A stretch of DNA of 13,145 nucleotides, taken from a virus. Position numbers and translations under genes: made by a program. The notes below the pieces were generated by a model. It saw nothing but the letters and a program-made list of their open reading frames with translations. It was not told where the DNA came from and did not search any database. The stretch spans positions 1-13,145 of the IMG/VR virus record IMGVR_UViG_3300005460_000112. One strand, given 5' to 3'. This document shows positions 1 to 4,735 of this stretch, one piece after another (position 1 is the stretch's first letter; every line of letters starts with the position of its first letter).

Positions 1-1
1 T

Positions 2-172
2 TTCCTCCAGACCTTGAAAGGCAAGGTTGTCCTGTCCGGTTATGATTCCGAGCTTTATTCCCGGCATCTGGACGGGTGGCGAAAGGAATGCAAGGTCTCC
101 CACGACACGCAGGGCGGCAAGAAAATTGAATGCCTGTGGATGAACTACAACCCCCAACTGACGCTTTTTTGA
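2..172 (+). CDS. DNA adenine methyltransferase (Dam / D12-class-like), C-terminal fragment; the 5' end lies outside the window
   Basis: Frame 2 is open from the window edge to TGA 170-172. It is absent from the ORF track because it has no start. The translation FLQTLKGKVVLSGYDSELYSRHLDGWRKECKVSHDTQGGKKIECLWMNYNPQLTLF matches my memory of the C-terminal end of Dam-family enzymes (..LSGY..ELY...L.GW ... E.LW.NY). Only 56 codons are visible and the catalytic DPPY-type motif is not in the window. Confidence 0.55.
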   Translation, partial: FLQTLKGKVVLSGYDSELYSRHLDGWRKECKVSHDTQGGKKIECLWMNYNPQLTLF

Positions 173-174
173 TT

Positions 175-699
175 ATGGCACGTAAACCAACATCTTTAAT
201 ACCGAGGACGCACCGGGAACTGTGCGAAATCGCTGAACGCTGGCTCCTTGGAACCCAACGTTGCCGGGTGGCGATTGCTGAACCGAACGTCATCGTTACG
301 GACGAACATCCCGACGCCATAGGGTTCAGCGGGGAAAAAAGTGTTCTTGTGGAGGCCAAAACCAGCCTGAACGACTTCCGGGCAGACCTCAAAAAGCCGT
401 TCCGCATCTGTCCTCAAAAGGGTATGGGGCAGGCCCGCTATTACATCTGCGAACCAGGGATCATCACGGAAGATGACCTGCCGGAACGATGGGGCTTGTT
501 GAATGTCCTCCCTGGCGGACGGGTTCGGATAGTTCGGTACAGTGGACACTTCCTCGAAGTAAATTACTTCGCTGAAAGGAGTCTTTTGACCGCGTGTTTG
601 TACATCCAGAAGCCGCTAAAAATCAATACTGTCCAAGGCAGGAAGATACAACTCTCTCCTACATTTGGAACCGAATCAAAAGAGACGGAAGGGATATAG
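175..699 (+). CDS. PD-(D/E)xK nuclease-fold protein, MmcB-like
   Basis: ATG 175 lies 2 nt after the methylase stop. The track ORF 130..699 starts at an earlier in-frame ATG inside the methylase gene. The core HPDAIGFSGEKSVLVEAKTSLNDFRADLKKPF...ARYYICEPGIITEDDLPERWGLLNV shows a D...(V)E-x-K-x-S-x-x-DF-x-x-D-x-K signature followed by a P..WGLL segment. This is characteristic of MmcB-family, restriction-endonuclease-fold proteins. Confidence 0.65.
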   Translation: MARKPTSLIPRTHRELCEIAERWLLGTQRCRVAIAEPNVIVTDEHPDAIGFSGEKSVLVEAKTSLNDFRADLKKPFRICPQKGMGQARYYICEPGIITEDDLPERWGLLNVLPGGRVRIVRYSGHFLEVNYFAERSLLTACLYIQKPLKINTVQGRKIQLSPTFGTESKETEGI

Positions 700-703
700 A
701 ATA

Positions 704-1714
704 ATGGAATACATCAATATACCACTCTACGTTATCCGCTCCAATGAGTACATAGGCGCCGATCCTACCCAGCGAGCCACGTGGCTTTCTTTGATCGCCT
801 GGTCTTGTGACCAGGAGAATATGGGGCGGATTGCCGGGGCACGGTCTTGGGGAGACCGCCGCTGGATGCAGTCTTGCGGGGTCATGGCTTCCGAGGTGGC
901 CGAATCCTGCGGCCTTTTCCGCTGGGACGGGGACGACCTTGTCATTTCTTTTTACCCTGCTGACGCCCAGCGGGAGATTGAGCGTAAAAGGGAAATCGCG
1001 CGCGCCAACGGACGGAAGGGAGGCCGGAAACCAACGCCGGAACCTATACCGGAAACCAACGTTGGTTCCGACGTAGGAACCCAACCTTGGATAGCAAATG
1101 AAGCTCCGTTGGAAAGCGAAAAGAAAGGAAAAGAAAAGAAAGGGAATATAGGGGGAGAAACTACTACGGTGGACAGTACACCGGGGGAAGAAGCGCCCGC
1201 TGCTCCTGTGCTGCCTGCCCAGTCTTTCCCGAACCGGGAACGCCTGAACGACGTCCGGGGGATGCGCTGCGCCGACAATCACGCGGATCTGGGGGCTTCT
1301 CCTGGTGCCGCCAGGTTCATGGCTGCCTGTTTGGAAATCAACCCTTCATGGTCCCGGACAATGCCAACCGCCATTGAGCAGGCAGCCGCGCTTGAGGCGT
1401 ACCAGTCCGCACAGGGCCGGGTGACGCCGCGGGATATGGAGATGTTGAGGGATTATTACGCGTCAGGACTGACGGAGGACTGCAAGAAGAAAGCTTTTTG
1501 GCGTCCGGACAGCCGCAAGAAGTTTTGGGAGTGCTTCGGGGATGTGCTCACCCACGCGGACCGCTGGGCCAAAGAGACGCGATGGAAGCCGGCATCCGCT
1601 CGGAAGAAGCCGAAGCCCGAAGAACCACGGCAGCCGGAAGGACCCATAGTGACCACCGAAGAAGCTGCAATAGAATTGGAGAATTGGAGAAAAGAATTAG
1701 GACTGGGGAGATGA
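704..1714 (+). CDS. Phage protein with two domains joined by a K/E/G/P-rich linker; possibly a replication-organiser or DNA-binding protein (function uncertain)
   Basis: ATG 704 lies 4 nt after the TAG at 697-699 and is preceded by GAAGGGA. The track start at 665 is a TTG that overlaps the upstream gene. The N-terminal ~100 aa (..DPTQRATWLSLIAWSCDQENMGRI...LFRWDGDDLVISFYP..REIERKREIARANGRKGGRKP) resembles DUF1376/DnaD-like winged-helix phage proteins. A low-complexity linker (EKKGKEKKGNIGGETTT..) follows, then a C-terminal domain of unknown family. Confidence 0.6.
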   Translation: MEYINIPLYVIRSNEYIGADPTQRATWLSLIAWSCDQENMGRIAGARSWGDRRWMQSCGVMASEVAESCGLFRWDGDDLVISFYPADAQREIERKREIARANGRKGGRKPTPEPIPETNVGSDVGTQPWIANEAPLESEKKGKEKKGNIGGETTTVDSTPGEEAPAAPVLPAQSFPNRERLNDVRGMRCADNHADLGASPGAARFMAACLEINPSWSRTMPTAIEQAAALEAYQSAQGRVTPRDMEMLRDYYASGLTEDCKKKAFWRPDSRKKFWECFGDVLTHADRWAKETRWKPASARKKPKPEEPRQPEGPIVTTEEAAIELENWRKELGLGR

Positions 1715-1740
1715 AAATCCCCCTGGAATCTCGTATAGGT

Positions 1741-1941
1741 CTATTCGTCCGGCAATCCGTGACGGGTGATTAGATTCATCAACAGCTCCATCGACGGACT
1801 CGTTTTTCTGGACCCGCCCAACCATTGCCACACCGCCATTTCCGTCACACGCAACATCTGCGCAGCCTTTTTGACAGCAGAAGTTTTGGATCGCAAATGG
1901 TATCTGGACTGGACCCAATCAACAAATTCTTGAGGATTCAT
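1741..1941 (-). CDS. Small Cro/Aca/antitoxin-like helix-turn-helix protein (66 aa)
   Basis: This is the last gene of the leftward cassette, 14 nt downstream of the 102-aa gene. SKTSAVKKAAQMLRVTEMAVWQWL is a helix-turn-helix segment, followed by SMELLMNLI. It is a paralogue of the C-terminus of the 3104..3694 product (25 of 58 ungapped positions identical by hand alignment). Confidence 0.75.
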   Translation of the reverse strand: MNPQEFVDWVQSRYHLRSKTSAVKKAAQMLRVTEMAVWQWLGGSRKTSPSMELLMNLITRHGLPDE

Positions 1942-1955
1942 ATTTGAGCATTCAA

Positions 1956-2264
1956 TTATTTAATTTGATCAAATCGCTTCCCAACAGGGCCACATCTAAT
2001 GATGTCCCACCGCTGATAACCTTCGTCGTCAATTACTTCGTAGCAATAATCATTCCAATATTTTGCTATTGCATTTAGTGCTTCTTCTTGTGTTTTGTAG
2101 GTATAATAGCATGGTTCTTCGTTGACATCTTTGATGTAGTACGCAGCCAGAACAACCGCAAATTTGTGACCTTCCGGAAATTCAATGATGCGGTCATACT
2201 TGGGAGAGGAGATATCCGACAAAGACGTATCTCCAAACTTTTGAGGGATAATATATTTTTTCAT
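1956..2264 (-). CDS. Hypothetical protein (102 aa), AT-rich gene
   Basis: Clean ATG-to-TAA ORF with 15-nt and 14-nt gaps to its neighbours on the same strand. Composition is very AT-rich (line 2041-2100 is 18/60 G+C). I do not recognise a family. Confidence 0.7.
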   Translation of the reverse strand: MKKYIIPQKFGDTSLSDISSPKYDRIIEFPEGHKFAVVLAAYYIKDVNEEPCYYTYKTQEEALNAIAKYWNDYCYEVIDDEGYQRWDIIRCGPVGKRFDQIK

Positions 2265-2279
2265 GTGTTTGGTTTGTGT

Positions 2280-2648
2280 TTAAGCTTTCTGTTCGGTCAG
2301 GTTGACAATCCCGCGGGCCCACCTAAAATCGGCGCAGTCTATGATAGCCCCGTTAAATCTGGCTCCGGTTAGATGGGCCTTGTAAAAATTGGCCCATTTC
2401 AGATTGCCCCCGGCGAAATCGGTCCCGGTTAGATTGGCCCCGGTAAAATCGGCACATCTCAAGTCGGACCCTGTGAAATCAACTCCGGAACAGTCGGCGT
2501 CCTTAAAGTCAGCCTTGATTAAGTTAGCACCCCTAAAGTCGAGCCCCCTGAGGTCGAGGTCTTCAAATTTGGCCTGAGCGCCGCCTTCTTCCTCGTTCAG
2601 CCACATTTCGTGCAGTTTGAGAATTTCTGTTAATTCGTTTTTAGTCAT
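2280..2648 (-). CDS. Pentapeptide-repeat protein (122 aa)
   Basis: About 17 consecutive A(D/N)LxX-type pentapeptides (DLRGL DFRGA NLIKA DFKDA DCSGV DFTGS DLRCA DFTGA NLTGT DFAGG NLKWA NFYKA HLTGA RFNGA ...). They follow the N-terminal helix ..ILKLHEMWLNEEEGGAQA that is typical of this family. Confidence 0.9.
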   Translation of the reverse strand: MTKNELTEILKLHEMWLNEEEGGAQAKFEDLDLRGLDFRGANLIKADFKDADCSGVDFTGSDLRCADFTGANLTGTDFAGGNLKWANFYKAHLTGARFNGAIIDCADFRWARGIVNLTEQKA

Positions 2649-2656
2649 TGTCTTGT

Positions 2657-2674
2657 TCTTTCTGATTTGGTTTT
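2657..2674 (-). promoter_or_regulatory. Conserved 18-nt 5' leader element (minus strand AAAACCAAATCAGAAAGA), 8 nt upstream of the pentapeptide-gene ATG
   Basis: It is identical to 2953-2970 and sits at the identical distance from the start codon. Confidence 0.6.
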
Positions 2675-2686
2675 ATACTTGTTATT

Positions 2687-2944
2687 TTAGTCCCAATCTA
2701 CAACCACATCGTATTCTTCCGCTTTTTCAAGGATGTCTCTCACATCAACAAAGTCTTTTACTTCTTCCGGAACATTGCCGCTGACAAGTCCATGCCTTAC
2801 GCCGTGGACTTCCCGCACCGGGCAATAAAAATTATAGGTTCTTCCTTCTTCGTCATAGTTTTTCACCACTTCTCCGGCAATAGCTATTTCATGACGGTGA
2901 AAAGTGAATATTTCTCGGACTTTGTAAGTTTTATCAGCGTTCAT
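2687..2944 (-). CDS. Hypothetical acidic protein (85 aa)
   Basis: ATG at 2944 (MNADKTYKV...). The track ORF extends to 3028, but that extension runs through the conserved intergenic element. The same 18-nt leader as the pentapeptide gene sits 8 nt upstream of this ATG. By hand count there are about 19 D/E against about 11 K/R. No family recognised. Confidence 0.7.
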   Translation of the reverse strand: MNADKTYKVREIFTFHRHEIAIAGEVVKNYDEEGRTYNFYCPVREVHGVRHGLVSGNVPEEVKDFVDVRDILEKAEEYDVVVDWD

Positions 2945-2952
2945 TGTTTTAG

Positions 2953-2970
2953 TCTTTCTGATTTGGTTTT
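2953..2970 (-). promoter_or_regulatory. Conserved 18-nt 5' leader element (minus strand AAAACCAAATCAGAAAGA), 8 nt upstream of the 85-aa gene ATG
   Basis: It is identical to 2657-2674 and sits at the identical distance from the start codon. Confidence 0.6.
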
Positions 2971-2977
2971 GGATTGT

Positions 2978-3027
2978 GTCTTCGGGAGGTCCCTTACCTC
3001 CCGTCAACAAGGTCAATATACTAAACA
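2978..3027 (+). promoter_or_regulatory. Regulatory element, copy A; same orientation as copy B
   Basis: GTCTTCGG-7nt-CTTACCTCCCGTCAACAA-GGTCAATATACTAAACA. It can be read as TTACCT (2994-2999), a 17-nt spacer and TATACT (3017-3022). Only this copy is overlapped by a 7-bp-stem hairpin, GGGAGGT(2984-2990)/ACCTCCC(2996-3002). Confidence 0.45.
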
Positions 3028-3103
3028 ATGTTTAGTGATTCAAGAGAAAAAAATGAGAAAAAGAGAATTTTTTTTCGAAGCCGCCCCTTTTTTTATTCCG
3101 GTT

Positions 3104-3694
3104 TCAGCGGGGGAGATTTTTGGTCGTCCCTCGTTCCATGATTAAATTCATCAGGAGGTTCATGGAATCCGTGGGCGCGGGTTTGGAGTCCAGCCACCTC
3201 CAGATCGTCATGGGAGTCACGCCGATGATTTCTGCGGCACGATTGACCGCCGCCGTTTTGCTGTTCAAACGGTGTGCGGTTTTCAAAAAATCCAAAAACC
3301 GGAACAGCGTGTGAAGCTCCGCTCCCCCCTCTCCTTCGATGGAGGCTCCGTAAATATAAAATCCGTTCCCGTCGCCTGTGATTGCAGAAAAAATGAGTTT
3401 GTTTTCTGTGAGCTTTTCCCGAAGTCGTTGTTCCAACAAATCAACTTTAGCTTCGGGCAGCCAGGACGCGAAATAAATTTCCAGCGAGACGTCCAGATTT
3501 TCGTAATTTTCCACGTCTTCAACTTCTTCGCAATATTCGGGGTCTTGGAAAAGCAGCATGACGCCGCCCTCGTCAAGGGCGTTCAGTTCAACGCCGTCGC
3601 ATTCATCGGTTACTATTTTTTCCCGAATCAGTTCATCTTCCAGTTCCGTTCTGATGCGGTGCAGTTTTTCTTTCAATCCTGTAGTGACTTTCAT
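3104..3694 (-). CDS. Two-domain protein (196 aa): strongly acidic N-terminal domain fused to a Cro/Aca-like HTH
   Basis: ATG at 3694 (MKVTTGLKEK...) lies 17 nt downstream of the stop of the 94-aa gene. The track start at 3811 would overlap that gene. The C-terminus SKTAAVNRAAEIIGVTPMTIWRWL...SMNLLMNLI is an HTH paralogous to the 66-aa protein. Residues ~17-72 carry about 21 D/E against 2 K/R (hand count). Confidence 0.75.
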   Translation of the reverse strand: MKVTTGLKEKLHRIRTELEDELIREKIVTDECDGVELNALDEGGVMLLFQDPEYCEEVEDVENYENLDVSLEIYFASWLPEAKVDLLEQRLREKLTENKLIFSAITGDGNGFYIYGASIEGEGGAELHTLFRFLDFLKTAHRLNSKTAAVNRAAEIIGVTPMTIWRWLDSKPAPTDSMNLLMNLIMERGTTKNLPR

Positions 3695-3711
3695 TTTTTC
3701 TCGTGGTTGGA

Positions 3712-3996
3712 TTAGAGTCCGTTTTCGATAGCGAACCAAGTCGGAAGCTCCAGGGTGAGGCCTTCCATTTTGTAGTCTAAAACTCTTTTTACGATGCTTT
3801 TCGGAATCCACATTTTTCTATCGGAAGCCCTGAAGGAAAATTCCGCGTCGATGAAGAAAGCTTTTTCCGTTTCTTTCAGAATTTGAACGTCAACTTTAGT
3901 AAGTTTCCAAGTGTCTTTAATCTTCGATCCGATGTCGTTGCGGACAATAACTTCCGGCGTTCTGATCTCAAAGGCCTGGGCAATTTTCTTATTCAT
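3712..3996 (-). CDS. Hypothetical protein (94 aa), first gene of the leftward cassette
   Basis: ATG-to-TAA ORF diverging from terS across an 88-bp intergenic region. It contains ..EKAFFIDAEF...KMWIPKSIV...LELPTWFAIENGL. This WIPKS ... P.W.a..GL pattern recurs in small phage proteins I cannot assign to a named family. Confidence 0.7.
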   Translation of the reverse strand: MNKKIAQAFEIRTPEVIVRNDIGSKIKDTWKLTKVDVQILKETEKAFFIDAEFSFRASDRKMWIPKSIVKRVLDYKMEGLTLELPTWFAIENGL

Positions 3997-4019
3997 TTTC
4001 CGACTTGGTGTTAGATTAA

Positions 4020-4067
4020 GTCTTCGGTTAGATCTTACCTCCCGTCAACAAAGCTAATCTACTATCA
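4020..4067 (+). promoter_or_regulatory. Divergent-region regulatory element, copy B; putative rightward promoter of the packaging/late operon
   Basis: GTCTTCGG-6nt-CTTACCTCCCGTCAACAA-AGCTAATCTACTATCA. It can be read as TTACCT (4035-4040), a 17-nt spacer and TCTACT (4058-4063), 21 nt before the terS ATG. An 18-nt core identical to 2993-3010 is present. Confidence 0.5.
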
Positions 4068-4084
4068 TTTTGTGAGTATGTCAA

Positions 4085-4645
4085 ATGGAAAAATCTTATT
4101 TTGACGCGCTACTAAAAAAATCTTATCTTCCCGGAAGGAAAAAGAAAACTACCACCAAAAGAAAACCGGGGCGCCCCAGCCTCTACACCGAGGAACTGGC
4201 CGCCGAAATAGCCACCCGTCTTGCCAACGGGGAAACCATGAAATCCATCTGCGCCGATGATCATATGCCGGATGTTTTAACTGTCTGGAGATGGAGACAC
4301 GAGCGGGAAGATTTTTGTAAACTCATTCAACGCGCGCGGGAAGCGCAGTCGGAAGCCATGATCGACGCGTGTCAGGAGCTGGCCGACGAAGCCGCGAAAG
4401 TCGCCCTCGACCCGGAATGCGGCTCCGCATCCGTCGCCGCCAAGAAGCTCGCCATTGAAACACGGCTGAAAGTAGCCGCGAGGTTCGCTCCAGAAAAATT
4501 CGGAGACCGGGTCCGTCAGGACGTCGCCGGAGTTCCCGGCGCACCGCTGGAACGGAAAATCACGCTGGACCCCGATCAGCTAGCTCAGCTGCAGGAAGAC
4601 GAGAAAACCGCGCTGGAAACCATCGCCGGCAAACTCCATCCCTAA
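4085..4645 (+). CDS. terS: Terminase small subunit
   Basis: KPGRPSLYTEELAAEIATRLANGETMKSICADDHMPDVLTVWRWRHEREDFCKLIQRAREAQSEAMIDACQELAD...KLAIETRLKVAARFAPEKFGDR is the N-terminal HTH plus ..D..KW.a....P.KyGd pattern of a widespread TerS family. It sits directly upstream of terL. Confidence 0.85.
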   Translation: MEKSYFDALLKKSYLPGRKKKTTTKRKPGRPSLYTEELAAEIATRLANGETMKSICADDHMPDVLTVWRWRHEREDFCKLIQRAREAQSEAMIDACQELADEAAKVALDPECGSASVAAKKLAIETRLKVAARFAPEKFGDRVRQDVAGVPGAPLERKITLDPDQLAQLQEDEKTALETIAGKLHP

Positions 4646-4735
4646 CCCGTCAGGACACGGTTACCCGTCAGCTTCTTTCTGCGCCATATCCTCCGCCTCG
4701 ACCCCTATCCCTGGCAGGTAGAGGCCATCAAGGCG

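Noticed and set aside
659-1282. 207-aa minus-strand ORF, plus 727..945 and 952..1278, opposite the 337-aa gene; likewise 10948..11571 and 11625..12125 opposite the Mu F/G-like genes
   Set aside because: These are antisense shadow ORFs with low-complexity, Arg/Pro/Gly-rich products. They conflict with the co-directional, tightly coupled plus-strand genes.
1705-1722. GGGGA-N8-TCCCC hairpin in the 26-bp convergent gap between the 337-aa gene and the 66-aa HTH gene as a bidirectional terminator
   Set aside because: The stem is only 5 bp with an 8-nt loop and no flanking T/A runs. This is too weak to call.
2984-3002. Hairpin GGGAGGT-CCCTT-ACCTCCC as a rho-independent terminator
   Set aside because: No U-tract follows it on either strand. 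It overlaps the conserved 18-mer and is absent from copy B, so it is more likely regulatory or coincidental.
3029-3103. Intrinsic, possibly bidirectional, terminator in the A/T-run-rich spacer after the 196-aa gene
   Set aside because: The T8 and T7 runs are not preceded by a convincing GC-rich stem-loop on either strand. The only pairings are a 4-5-bp CCCC/GGGG pairing and weak A:T pairing. I keep it as an odd spacer, not as a called terminator.
4643-4645. Stop-codon reassignment (TAA read as sense) as the explanation for the terS/terL in-frame stop
   Set aside because: TAA, TAG and TGA each terminate several well-supported genes in this window at positions that match family lengths and operon spacing. 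A genome-wide recoding is therefore unlikely, and only local readthrough or a non-canonical start remain plausible.
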